This document shows, piece after piece, positions 49,110 to 58,532 of a DNA stretch of 64,000 nucleotides. Position numbers and translations under genes: made by a program. The notes below the pieces were generated by a model. The model had not been told where the DNA came from, did not search any database, and saw only the letters and a program-made list of their open reading frames with translations. Each line of letters starts with the position of its first letter. The first letter of the stretch is position 1. Source of the DNA: Myxococcota bacterium (GTDB lineage Bacteria > Myxococcota_A > UBA796 > UBA2385); contig JBIJDH010000004.1 of assembly GCA_044344255.1 (NCBI GenBank), forward strand, positions 416,001 through 480,000. The letters are read 5' to 3'.

Positions 49110-50465
49110 CTATCGGGCGGGAGCGAAGAGGAATGGGTAATTCACCGTCACGATGCCGCCGCCCTTGGGCTCCGGGAATTTCATCGTGAGGAAGCGCTCG
49201 GCGATACAGGCCTCGACGCCGGCGTCTCCCATGGTGCTCTTGTTCACCGCCGAGCGGGACACCGTACCGTCGGAGGCGATCACGAACTTGATGCTGATCT
49301 TGCCGGCCAGGTCGGGCTTTCGATTGAGCTCGCGCTGGTAGCAGTGGCGGACGCGGTTGAGGCTGCGCTTCACGACGGCGTCGATCAGGCTGCGGTCGAG
49401 GAGGCCCGCGGTGATCATCTCGTCGGGGGTGGTGATGTGGCCCTCTCGGTGCTGCCCGATCCCGCCGCCCTCCTGGCCGTAGCCCTCGTCACCAGCGCCA
49501 CGGCCCTTGGTGTTCACGCCGCCGATGCCCTCGGTGGTTCCGCCCCCGCCGATGCCGGTCCCGCGGCTGCCGAGGCCGCCGACCCCGAGCTGAGTGCCCT
49601 TGGCGCCGATGAGCCCGCCGATGCCCGAGGAGAGCTCGGTGGAGAGGGCGGAGCTGTTGAAGGCGGCGGCCATCGACTCATCCTGGAGTGCGCCGAGGAT
49701 CCCCGCCTCTCGAACGACCTCGGCGTTCGTGCGGGCGCCCTTTGCCAGGGCCCTCCCCTTCGGAGCCCCGGCCTTGCCCTGGGCCCCCTTCGCCTTCGCG
49801 CCCGCCGGCTCCTGGCTCGGGGCGGCCTTCACTGTCCGCGCCTCCGGGGTGATGGATGGTCGCAGCAGCTCGACGAAACGATCCATCTCCGGCGCCTCCA
49901 AGAGGGAGGGGTCGGGCTGGGGGGTCGCGTACATCGCCGCGGAGAACAGCGCAGCGCCGAGCCCCACGGCGCCACCGATGGCCAGCATCGGGTAGTCGAG
50001 GCCGTCCACCCAGGCCCGGGCCGCGGTCCGAGCCGCCGAGACGAGGCGGAGGCGGTAGCTGAGGGCGCCGGTCTCCAGCCACAGGGCCTCGCCGACCGCA
50101 AGCCGGTGCTCCAGCGACGCGGCCCCGATGAGCCGCGACAGGGAGCGGCGGGCGCCGTCCTTGTCCAGCCAGACCTGCGTGCCCAGGCTGAGGGGGACGA
50201 GGAAGCCGGTCGGGGTGGCTCGACAGAGGCACGCGCCGGGCGCCGGGCCCTCTTCGACGAGCGAGAAGGAGGAGCGCGGGCCGCCCAAGCGGAGCGCCCC
50301 TTGTCCTTGACGAAGGTGCACCACGTCCTGGACCTCACCCTGCCAGAGCTGAGAGACCTCGACGTGCAAGGGCTGACGGGGATCGACGGACTCCACGCTC
50401 TCCGAGAGAGGGGCGACGGGGGAGATGAAAGAGGCAGTTCGAGCCTCGACCTGGCCGGACAGCAT
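49110..50465 (-). CDS. AgmX/PglI (GltG-like) TonB-C-domain membrane protein
   Basis: One TM helix, Gly-rich linker, C-terminal CYQRELNRKPDLAGK..C..FPEPKGGGIVTVNYPF. Confidence 0.85.
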   Translation of the reverse strand: MLSGQVEARTASFISPVAPLSESVESVDPRQPLHVEVSQLWQGEVQDVVHLRQGQGALRLGGPRSSFSLVEEGPAPGACLCRATPTGFLVPLSLGTQVWLDKDGARRSLSRLIGAASLEHRLAVGEALWLETGALSYRLRLVSAARTAARAWVDGLDYPMLAIGGAVGLGAALFSAAMYATPQPDPSLLEAPEMDRFVELLRPSITPEARTVKAAPSQEPAGAKAKGAQGKAGAPKGRALAKGARTNAEVVREAGILGALQDESMAAAFNSSALSTELSSGIGGLIGAKGTQLGVGGLGSRGTGIGGGGTTEGIGGVNTKGRGAGDEGYGQEGGGIGQHREGHITTPDEMITAGLLDRSLIDAVVKRSLNRVRHCYQRELNRKPDLAGKISIKFVIASDGTVSRSAVNKSTMGDAGVEACIAERFLTMKFPEPKGGGIVTVNYPFLFAPAR

Positions 50466-50568
50466 GGCGCACCTCGAATGGACGGGGGACCGGCTGCGAT
50501 AGGGGAGGGCTATTTTCCGAGAGGGTCTCTCGGGTCGCGCTCCCTTCGCGCCTGTCTCTCCTGACCAT

Positions 50569-50598
50569 CCCGCCGCCGGGGGGTTCCCCGGCGGCGGG
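50569..50598 (-). terminator. Strong GC hairpin downstream of the 961-aa repeat gene (no U tract)
   Basis: CCCGCCGCCGGGG-GGTT-CCCCGGCGGCGGG, perfect 13-bp stem. Confidence 0.45.
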
Positions 50599-50641
50599 CG
50601 GTGCGGTGCAAAGAGGATGTCAGCGGCGGACCGCCCCGGGA

Positions 50642-53527
50642 TCAGCGCACCCAGGCGTAGACGTCGTCGATGCCGAAGGACTCGTCGGTGGGGTCCTGAT
50701 CGAGGGTGGAGCCGGCGAGGATCGTGAGCGTGCTGGCGGTGTGGGCCGGCTTGGACGTGATCGCGTGCTGGGAGTCGAAGGACCCGAAGTAGCCTCGGCT
50801 CCAGCCGCAGACCTCCGAGTAGGCGCCGCTGTGGTTGTTCTGGGACTGGCTCCACACCGTCGAGCCGTCCAGCTGCACGTAGGCGGTCTCCCCGTCCCAG
50901 GAGTCGAGGGCCATGTAGTCGAGCGAGACCCAGGCGGCGCTGTGGGTGATGCCGTAGGTGCTGAGGTTGATGCTCAGCGAGCCACCCGCGATTTTGCCGT
51001 AACCTCCGAGGATGATGCTCCAGAAGCCGCAGCTGTAGCGCGAGCTGCTGCTCCATCCCGCGGCCGGGGTGGACTGGAAGTCGTCGTGGAAGATGAGCGT
51101 CCAGCCGCCACCATCCGTGGTCATGTCGCAGGTGGCCGCCGTGGAGGTGCCGCTGAAGTCGACGTAGTAGGTGCCATCCCCGTGCGAGGAGCCGCTGTTC
51201 AACACTTCGAGGCAGCTCTCGGCGGTGCAGGCGGTGCCGCTCCCGAGCACACCCTCATCCACGATGGTGTCACAGTCGTCGTCGGCGCTGTTGCAGCGCT
51301 CGGCGGCCGAGGGGTAGACGAGGGCGTCGCTGTCATCGCAGTCATCGATCGTGGTGCTGGCACCGGCGGGCATGAGGCATGCGCGGGTGGTGGTGCTGCC
51401 GGCGTGACCGTCCCCGTCCCCGTCTTGGTACCAGGGTGAGGCGGAGCTCAGGTCGAGGCTGGGGTCGGCGTCGTCGATGGCGCTGTCGCAGTCATTGTCG
51501 AGGCTGTCGCAGATCTCGTTGGCGCCGGGGTGGATCGCGGTGACGGCGTCGTTACAGTCGGTCTGATCGAGGACATGGCCGGTGGGCTGCGCGCACGCGG
51601 CGACCGGGCTCGAGGCGTCCCCGTAGGTGTCGCCGTCGGCGTCGGCGTACCATGTGGTGCCGGTGCTGAGGTCGACCGAGGCGTCGGCGTCGTCGACGGC
51701 GCTGTCGCAGTCGTTGTCCAGGCCGTCACAGGTCTCGCTCGCGCCGGGGTGAATGGCGGTTACACCATCGTTACAGTCGCTGTAGTCGGCGACGTAGCCG
51801 GTGGGCTGGGCACAGGCCCAGGCCACGGAGCCGGGGTCGCCGTAGCTGTCACCGTCTGCGTCGCTGTACCAGGCGAGCCCGGTGCTGAGGTCGATGGATG
51901 CGTCGTCGTCGTCCACGTCCGTGTCACAGTCGTTGTCGAGCCCGTCGCAGATCTCCGCGGCGTCGGGGTTCACAGAGACGTCGCCGTCGTCACAGTCGAG
52001 CGCGTTGCTGACGTAGCCGACGGGCTCCTCACAGGATCGGATGGCCGTGCCGAGGTCGCCGAAGCCGTCCCCGTCGAGGTCACGGTACCAGACGCTGCCG
52101 GACGAGAGGTCGACGCCCCCGTCGTCATCGTCGGTGAGGCCGTCGCAGTCGTTGTCGATGCCGTCGCAGATCTCCGCAGCTCCCGGCTTGATGTCGGGAT
52201 CGGAGTCGTCACAATCGGTGGACAGCGAGGTGTAGCCGTCAGGCTCGTCGCAGGTGAGGGCGGTGTCGAGCGCGTCGCCGTAGCCGTCGCCGTCCGCGTC
52301 TTCGTACCAGGTCAGGCCCGTCGAGAGATCGACCGAGGGGTCCTCGTCGTCCACCAGGGTGTCGCAGTCGTCGTCGAGGCCATTGCAAACCTCGGAGGCG
52401 TCGGGGTTGATGTGGCTGTCGTCGTCGTCGCAGTCGGTGTTGTCTTCGACGTAGCCGCTGGATGGTTCGCAGCTCAAGGCCGTCTGATCGGGGTCGCCGA
52501 AGGTGTCGGCGTCCGCGTCTTCATAGTAGAGCGACCCCGTGCTCAGATCGACGCCCGGATCGGCGTCATCGACGAGGGTGTCGCAGTCGTCGTCGAGGCC
52601 ATTGCAGACCTCGGTCGCGTCGGGGCGAATGTTGGCGTCGAGATCGTCACACTCGAGGCAGGCTGGCCAGCCGTCGGTGTCGGCGTCCGCGTAGCCGACG
52701 CTGCCGTCGCAGTTGTAGTCGTTGGGGTCGGTGCAGTCCGACTCGTCCGCGTACGGGTGGTAGAGGGCGTCCTCGTCGTCGCAGTCGCCGGGCTCGGGGG
52801 CGTAGCCGGTGGGGCGGGCGCAGGCCTCGGTGGTGCTGTCGGGGACGCCCCAGTCGTCGGCGTCGCGGTCTTCGTACCAGGTCGTACCGACTCCCTCGTC
52901 GACCTCGCCGTTGCAGTCGTTGTCGATCTCGTCGCAGATCTCGGCGTGGCCGGGGAAGGCCTCGGCGGTGGTGTCGTCGCAGTCGTTGTCGTCGGAGACA
53001 TAGCCGTCCGGCATCGAGCAGGCCTCGACGGAGGTGAACGCGTCCCCCCAGGAGTCCCCGTCGGCGTCGGCGTACCAGGTCTCACCGACGCCCTCGTCGA
53101 TGTTGCTGTCGCAGTTGTTGTCCTTTTCGTCGCAGATCTCCAAGGCGCCGGGGAAGATCTGCTCGTCTTCGTCGTCACAGTCGCCGTCGTTGGTGACGTA
53201 GTCGTCCATCGGGCTGCAGGCCTCGTCTGGGAGGTCCGCGTCGCCGAAGCCGTCACCGTCCTCATCGGCGTAAAACGTGTTGGTCACGCCCTCGTCGACG
53301 TCGCCGTCGCAGTTGTTGTCCACCCCGTCGCAGATCTCGGCGGCGCCCGTGTTGACGCTGGCGTCCGAGTCGTTGCAGTCGGTGTCCGAGAAGAAGCCGT
53401 CCCCGTCGTCGTCCACATAGTCGAGGCCGTTCACATCGGCGTCCTCGCCTTTGCCGGTGCTCGTCGCACGGCAGGAGAGCAGGGTGAGGAGGGAGAGCAG
53501 GAGCAAAGCGGGGCGCGGCGAGTTCAT
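50642..53527 (-). CDS. Lipoprotein with about 13 MopE-like Cys/Asp repeats and a C-terminal fibrinogen-like plus beta-sandwich domain
   Basis: Lipobox LLSC; DCDD..PGA.EICDG.DNDCD repeats; SCLEVL..GDGTY..CDMTTDGGGWTL. Confidence 0.85.
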   Translation of the reverse strand: MNSPRPALLLLSLLTLLSCRATSTGKGEDADVNGLDYVDDDGDGFFSDTDCNDSDASVNTGAAEICDGVDNNCDGDVDEGVTNTFYADEDGDGFGDADLPDEACSPMDDYVTNDGDCDDEDEQIFPGALEICDEKDNNCDSNIDEGVGETWYADADGDSWGDAFTSVEACSMPDGYVSDDNDCDDTTAEAFPGHAEICDEIDNDCNGEVDEGVGTTWYEDRDADDWGVPDSTTEACARPTGYAPEPGDCDDEDALYHPYADESDCTDPNDYNCDGSVGYADADTDGWPACLECDDLDANIRPDATEVCNGLDDDCDTLVDDADPGVDLSTGSLYYEDADADTFGDPDQTALSCEPSSGYVEDNTDCDDDDSHINPDASEVCNGLDDDCDTLVDDEDPSVDLSTGLTWYEDADGDGYGDALDTALTCDEPDGYTSLSTDCDDSDPDIKPGAAEICDGIDNDCDGLTDDDDGGVDLSSGSVWYRDLDGDGFGDLGTAIRSCEEPVGYVSNALDCDDGDVSVNPDAAEICDGLDNDCDTDVDDDDASIDLSTGLAWYSDADGDSYGDPGSVAWACAQPTGYVADYSDCNDGVTAIHPGASETCDGLDNDCDSAVDDADASVDLSTGTTWYADADGDTYGDASSPVAACAQPTGHVLDQTDCNDAVTAIHPGANEICDSLDNDCDSAIDDADPSLDLSSASPWYQDGDGDGHAGSTTTRACLMPAGASTTIDDCDDSDALVYPSAAERCNSADDDCDTIVDEGVLGSGTACTAESCLEVLNSGSSHGDGTYYVDFSGTSTAATCDMTTDGGGWTLIFHDDFQSTPAAGWSSSSRYSCGFWSIILGGYGKIAGGSLSINLSTYGITHSAAWVSLDYMALDSWDGETAYVQLDGSTVWSQSQNNHSGAYSEVCGWSRGYFGSFDSQHAITSKPAHTASTLTILAGSTLDQDPTDESFGIDDVYAWVR

Positions 53528-53718
53528 GGGGGCGTTCTCCGGTCAGCAGAGTGTAAAGCAGGAAGCTCTCGCTTCCCAGGGGGCTCCCCCTCCCTGGACG
53601 CGAATGCCCGATCTCGGGCGGCTGTGCAGCCGGCGGACGTCGCCTCCCGAGGTGGACCGAAGCGGTCCGTGGCTGACTCGCTGTCTCGGCTGGGCTACGG
53701 AGGAAGGTGGAGGAGAAG

Positions 53719-55875
53719 ATGGAGACCCCCTTGCGCAGCCCCGCCGTCGATATGGAGCAGATGCTCGCTGAGGAGACCGCCGAGGTGCCGATGGCGGAGG
53801 GGGAGCTCGAGCCGGATCGTGCGCTCTTCCTCAACCGAGAGCTCTCCATCGTCGAGTTCCAGCGGCGGGTGTTGGCCCAGGCCCGAGACAGCGGCGCGCC
53901 GATCCTCGAGCGCCTGCGCTTCCTCACGATATACAGCAGCATCCTCGATGAGTTCTTCGAGATCCGCGTCGCGGGCCTCCAACAAGATGTGGAGCTCGGC
54001 CTCGGCCTCCGCGGTCCGGATGGCCTTGAGGCGACCGAGGTGCTCCGGCGAATCAGCGAGACGGTCCACGCGCGGGTCGCCGAGCAGTATCGCCTGTTGA
54101 ATCAGGTCATCCTCCCGCAGCTCGAGGCGCACGGAATCCGGGTCCTCAAGCGCGCCGGGTGGAACCCTCGGCAACGGGAGTGGGTCGAGTCCTGGTTCCT
54201 GAGCCAGGCGCTGCCCGTCCTGACCCCGATGGGCCTCGATCCCGCGCACCCCTTCCCGATGGTGCAGAACAAGGCGCTGTCCTTCGTGGTCACCCTCGAA
54301 GGCTTGGATGCCTTCGAGCGGGACAGCGGCATCGCCATCGTCCCCGTGCCGCGGTGCCTGCCCCGGCTGCTGCAGCTCCCGCCCGAGCTCCGCGACAGCC
54401 CGCACGACTTCGTGATGATCTCCTCGATCATCCACGAGCATGTGGACCGCCTCTTCCCGGGGATGCGGGTCACCGGCTGCCACCAGTTTCGGCTCACCCG
54501 GAACAGCAACCTGTGGGTGGAGGAGGAGGAGATCGACGATCTGCTCCGCGCCCTCAAGACCGAGCTGCCGCGGCGACGATATGGCGCGGCGGTGCGTCTC
54601 GAGGTCTCTGACGAGTGTACGCCGCGAATGGCCGCCTTTCTCCTCGACCAGTTTGGGCTCAGCGAAGAGGAGCTCTTTCGGGTGAGCGGGCCGGTGAACC
54701 TGCACCGCCTCACCGCGCTCTATGACATGGTCGACCGGCCAGATCTGAAATTCAGGCCGTTCAAGGCGGGAGTGGAGCCATCGCTGCACGCCAAGGCCGA
54801 CTTCTTCGAGGTCGTCGGCCGCGGTGATGTGCTCCTCCACCACCCCTACCAGTCCTTCCAGCCGGTCGTGGACTTCCTTCGGCAGGCCGCCACCGATCCC
54901 GAGGTGCTGGCGATCAAGCAGACGCTCTATCGGACCGGCGGTGACTCCCCGATCGTCAACGCGCTCCTCGACGCGGCGCGGAACGGCAAGGACGTCACGG
55001 CTGTGGTGGAGCTCCGCGCTCGCTTCGATGAAGCGGCCAACATCGAGTGGGCGACGCAGCTCCAGGAGGCCGGCGCTAACGTGGTCTACGGCATCGTGGG
55101 CTACAAGTGCCACGCCAAGGTGCTGATGGTGGTTCGGCGGGAGGGGGCGGCGCTTCGGCGGTACGTCCACCTTGGGACGGGAAATTATCACGTCGGCACG
55201 GCGCGGGCCTACACCGACTGGAGCCTCCTCACGGCCAACCCGGAGGTCGGAGAGGACGCCCATCGGTTCTTCAATCAGCTCACCGGCCTGGGCTCGGTCG
55301 TGAGCCTGTCCCACCTGCTGCACTCGCCCTTCCGCCTGTTTCAGTCCCTCATCGACCTCATCGGGGCGGAGGCTGAAGCGGCCCGGGCTGGGCGGAAAGG
55401 TAGGATCATCGCCAAGATGAACGCGCTTACCGAGCCCGACGTGGTGCGAGCGCTGTACCAGGCCAGCCAGGCCGGTGTAGAGATTGACCTGATCGTGCGC
55501 GGTGCCTGCAGGCTCCGACCGGGGATACCGGGAGTGTCCGACAACATCCGCGTGCGCTCCATCGTCGGTCGCTTCCTCGAGCATGAGCGGGTCGCCTGCT
55601 TCTACGCGGACGGGGAGGACCGGGTGTATTGCTCGAGCGCGGATTGGATGTCGCGCAACCTGCTGCGGCGGGTGGAGCTCTGCTACCCCATCCTCGACCT
55701 TGCCCTGAAGCGGCGCGTCATCGAAGAGTCCCTCACTATGGGGCTCGCCGATGACACGCGGGCCTGGGAGCTCCAGGCGGACGGCTCGTGGGTGCCCACC
55801 GTCTGTCGCTCGGACGCCCCCACCACCGCGCAGCTCCAGCTCTTGGAGCGCCTCTCAGAGCCGCCGCGACGCTGA
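53719..55875 (+). CDS. ppk1: Polyphosphate kinase 1
   Basis: FLNRELS, LDEFFEIRVAGL, LHHPYQSF, ARFDEAANI, HAK, HLGTGNY, SIVGRFLEH, SADWMSRNL. Confidence 0.97.
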   Translation: METPLRSPAVDMEQMLAEETAEVPMAEGELEPDRALFLNRELSIVEFQRRVLAQARDSGAPILERLRFLTIYSSILDEFFEIRVAGLQQDVELGLGLRGPDGLEATEVLRRISETVHARVAEQYRLLNQVILPQLEAHGIRVLKRAGWNPRQREWVESWFLSQALPVLTPMGLDPAHPFPMVQNKALSFVVTLEGLDAFERDSGIAIVPVPRCLPRLLQLPPELRDSPHDFVMISSIIHEHVDRLFPGMRVTGCHQFRLTRNSNLWVEEEEIDDLLRALKTELPRRRYGAAVRLEVSDECTPRMAAFLLDQFGLSEEELFRVSGPVNLHRLTALYDMVDRPDLKFRPFKAGVEPSLHAKADFFEVVGRGDVLLHHPYQSFQPVVDFLRQAATDPEVLAIKQTLYRTGGDSPIVNALLDAARNGKDVTAVVELRARFDEAANIEWATQLQEAGANVVYGIVGYKCHAKVLMVVRREGAALRRYVHLGTGNYHVGTARAYTDWSLLTANPEVGEDAHRFFNQLTGLGSVVSLSHLLHSPFRLFQSLIDLIGAEAEAARAGRKGRIIAKMNALTEPDVVRALYQASQAGVEIDLIVRGACRLRPGIPGVSDNIRVRSIVGRFLEHERVACFYADGEDRVYCSSADWMSRNLLRRVELCYPILDLALKRRVIEESLTMGLADDTRAWELQADGSWVPTVCRSDAPTTAQLQLLERLSEPPRR

Positions 55876-55922
55876 GCTCCGCGGCGAGCCTGTGGGGGAC
55901 CTCCAGGTTTGACGGGGGGCCC

Positions 55923-57143
55923 TCAGCGGGCGTACAGGCGGAGCTTGTTCACGATGAGATCGGTCATCGCCTCGACGGCGGCCCGGTCGGGGTGACGGTA
56001 GGCGAGGAAGCCGTCCGAGAGGAGGGTCTGCTTCCAGTCGCGCCGGGGGGTGCCGATCGGGAGCAGGGCCTCCATGATCAGCCACTTGCCGAGGGTCTCC
56101 CGGAGCTCGTCCAAGCCGTCGATTCGCCAGATCCGGCCTTCCCCCTGAGCCCGCTTGAAGACCATCCCGACGTGGTAGAGGCGCTTCGCCTCGGCCTCGA
56201 AGCGGCCCCAGCAGACGGCGCGCGCCCACTCCCGGTAGATGTCGAAGTCATTCGACCAGTTCATCATGTCGACGAAGTGCCCGCCGCCGTTTCGGCAGCC
56301 GATCTCGCCGAACACCACCTCCCCGTCCCGCTTCCGGTACCACTCCATGTGGGTGAAGCCGGTCCCCATTCCGAGGGCCCCGAGCACCTGGCGACCGAGC
56401 TCGATCCCCCCCGCGAGTCGGGGCTGATCGTAGATGTCGCGGAACACGATCTGGGCCGGGCTGATCCACTGCTCGCTGCGGAAGGTGAGCGGGCGAGGGA
56501 AGTACTGGGCCACGTTCTCGAACAGGGGCGCGCCATTGACACAGACCGTGTCGTAGGTGAACTCGTCACCGTCTACGAACTCTTCCACGCTGGCCTCTGT
56601 TACGTGGCGCATCTTGGAGAGAGAGGCTTCGAGCTCAGCTTCGCTGTGGCAGCGATAGGTGTCGGCCGAGCCGGCGCCAGAGATGGGCTTGATGATCACC
56701 GGATAGCCGATCTCGCGGGCGGCCTCGAGGGCCTCTGACTCCGTCCGGATTCGGAAGCTGTGGGGCACCCGCAGCCCGGCCTTTCGGAGGCGCTGCTTCA
56801 TCGTCTCCTTGTCCCGAAAGCCGACACAGGTGTCGTAGCTCATCCCGACCACGCCGAGCTGCTCGCGGACCCGCGCTGCCAGCAGGACCGTGGGCTCCCA
56901 GTTGCTCTCGACCCGCTCGGGCCGGAAAGGACGGAGGGCGGCTGCGATCGCGGGGGCCGCGGCCGCCTCGTCGAAGAGCTGCGGGACGCGGATGTAGTGA
57001 GAGAGGCTGCGACGCACCTTCTCGGGGAGGGCGCCCTCGTGGCCGTCTCCGACGCCGATGACCCTCGCCCCGACCTCGTGGAGCCCGCGCGTGAAGTCTT
57101 GCTGCTCCGGCGGGTAGGCCGGTGAGATGAAGGCGACGTTCAT
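55923..57143 (-). CDS. ATP-grasp carboxylate-amine ligase (paralog 2)
   Basis: FRDKETMK, YPVIIKP..GAGSADT, EEFVDG.E, THMEW, EIGCR. Confidence 0.88.
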   Translation of the reverse strand: MNVAFISPAYPPEQQDFTRGLHEVGARVIGVGDGHEGALPEKVRRSLSHYIRVPQLFDEAAAAPAIAAALRPFRPERVESNWEPTVLLAARVREQLGVVGMSYDTCVGFRDKETMKQRLRKAGLRVPHSFRIRTESEALEAAREIGYPVIIKPISGAGSADTYRCHSEAELEASLSKMRHVTEASVEEFVDGDEFTYDTVCVNGAPLFENVAQYFPRPLTFRSEQWISPAQIVFRDIYDQPRLAGGIELGRQVLGALGMGTGFTHMEWYRKRDGEVVFGEIGCRNGGGHFVDMMNWSNDFDIYREWARAVCWGRFEAEAKRLYHVGMVFKRAQGEGRIWRIDGLDELRETLGKWLIMEALLPIGTPRRDWKQTLLSDGFLAYRHPDRAAVEAMTDLIVNKLRLYAR

Positions 57144-57233
57144 GAGGCTCCTCGAGGGGCAGAGGTGAGCTTCGGCACTGAAGGTGGCCGAAGCGGAGGC
57201 GGTGCGTGCGGGATCGGGGGAGCGCGGGGTCCT

Positions 57234-58454
57234 TCAGCTCGCGTGCACCTTGAGCGTGCGGCCAACGTAGTGCAGCATCTCCCGACAGACATCGTAGTCG
57301 GGGTGCCGAAGGCGGACCCAGGCGTTCGCCATGTAGCCCGCCTCGACCGGCTGGGTGGCGGTGCCCTCCCGGGGGAGGTTGTAGTCGATCAGGTTTGGCC
57401 CGAGCTTGGTGGCCACCTCGTCGACGCCGCTGTATCCGCGGATCGTGCCGTCTCGGTCGGGGCGGAGGTTGATGAGGCCGCTGGCCATCCTGCGGGTTGG
57501 TTTTTGATCGATTCGGCCGTAACAGAGGGCCATCGCCCACTGACGGTAGAGGTCGATGTCATTCCCGAAATTGTAGAGGTCCCACTGTCGGACGCCGGGC
57601 GGGCGTGCGCCAATCTCGGAGAACTTCAGGCCCTTCGGACCGTAGAACCACTCCATGTGGGTGGGGACGGTGCCGAGGCCGAGGGCGGTGATCACCTTGC
57701 GGCCAAGCTGCTTGACCTCGTCGTAGCCGGCGGAGTCCATCCGGTTGGTCGCCACGATGATGGGGTGGATGGCGCGAGAGCGCATGGCCTCCAGCACGGT
57801 GGGGTAGTAATGGGAGATGAACTCGAGCGCCGGCTGGCCGTCGATCGACAGCGTGTCGTAAAAGCCCTCGTGTCCCTCGATGAACTCCTCGACCGCCACC
57901 GAATGACCATCCATCACGCCGCTCTTCTTCATCGCAGCTTCGAGCTCCACGTCGTTGTCGGCGCGCATGGTGCCGTCGGCGCCAGCGCTGGCGCGGGGCT
58001 TCAGGATGAGCGGGTAGCCGACGGAGCGGGCGAAGTCGCGGACCTCCGCGGCGCTGCTCGCGGCGATAGACTGGGCGCAGGGGACGCCCTGGCGGCGAAG
58101 GACCTCCTTCATCGTCGGCTTGTCACGGCAGATGTAGGCGCTGCGCTCCGTCATGCCCGGGATGCCGGTCGCGTCGCGGACGCGGGCGATGGGGAGGATG
58201 TGGGCCTCGATGGTGGCTTCGAGCCGGTCCACCCAGCCGCGCGCCTGGATGCGGCGGACCGCCTGGTAGACCTCTGCCTCGTTGCAGACCGAGCTCACTT
58301 GCTCGTAGGCGATGAGCCAGCTCTTGGTCTCCGCGTCGAGCCAGGCGTAGGGCCGCTCGCCGATGCCGGTGACGGCGGCGCCGGCGGCGCGGAGCGCGCG
58401 GGCGAACTGGCGCTGGTTGGCCGGGAAAGAAGGTTCGACGAAGATGACGTGCAT
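57234..58454 (-). CDS. ATP-grasp carboxylate-amine ligase (paralog 1)
   Basis: CRDKPTMK, YPLILKP..AGA, EEFIEGHE, THMEW, EIGARPPG. Confidence 0.88.
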   Translation of the reverse strand: MHVIFVEPSFPANQRQFARALRAAGAAVTGIGERPYAWLDAETKSWLIAYEQVSSVCNEAEVYQAVRRIQARGWVDRLEATIEAHILPIARVRDATGIPGMTERSAYICRDKPTMKEVLRRQGVPCAQSIAASSAAEVRDFARSVGYPLILKPRASAGADGTMRADNDVELEAAMKKSGVMDGHSVAVEEFIEGHEGFYDTLSIDGQPALEFISHYYPTVLEAMRSRAIHPIIVATNRMDSAGYDEVKQLGRKVITALGLGTVPTHMEWFYGPKGLKFSEIGARPPGVRQWDLYNFGNDIDLYRQWAMALCYGRIDQKPTRRMASGLINLRPDRDGTIRGYSGVDEVATKLGPNLIDYNLPREGTATQPVEAGYMANAWVRLRHPDYDVCREMLHYVGRTLKVHAS

Positions 58455-58532
58455 GGTCCACTCGTGCAGTTGAAGCGGGGGTGGCCGCTATCCGGTCGGC
58501 GGCGACGTCGGCCAGCGGGGATTCAAGCATAG

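Noticed and set aside
57168..57193. GCTTCGGC...GCCGAAGC hairpin between the two ATP-grasp genes
   Set aside because: Single copy with no U tract; cannot be told apart from a chance or stability hairpin
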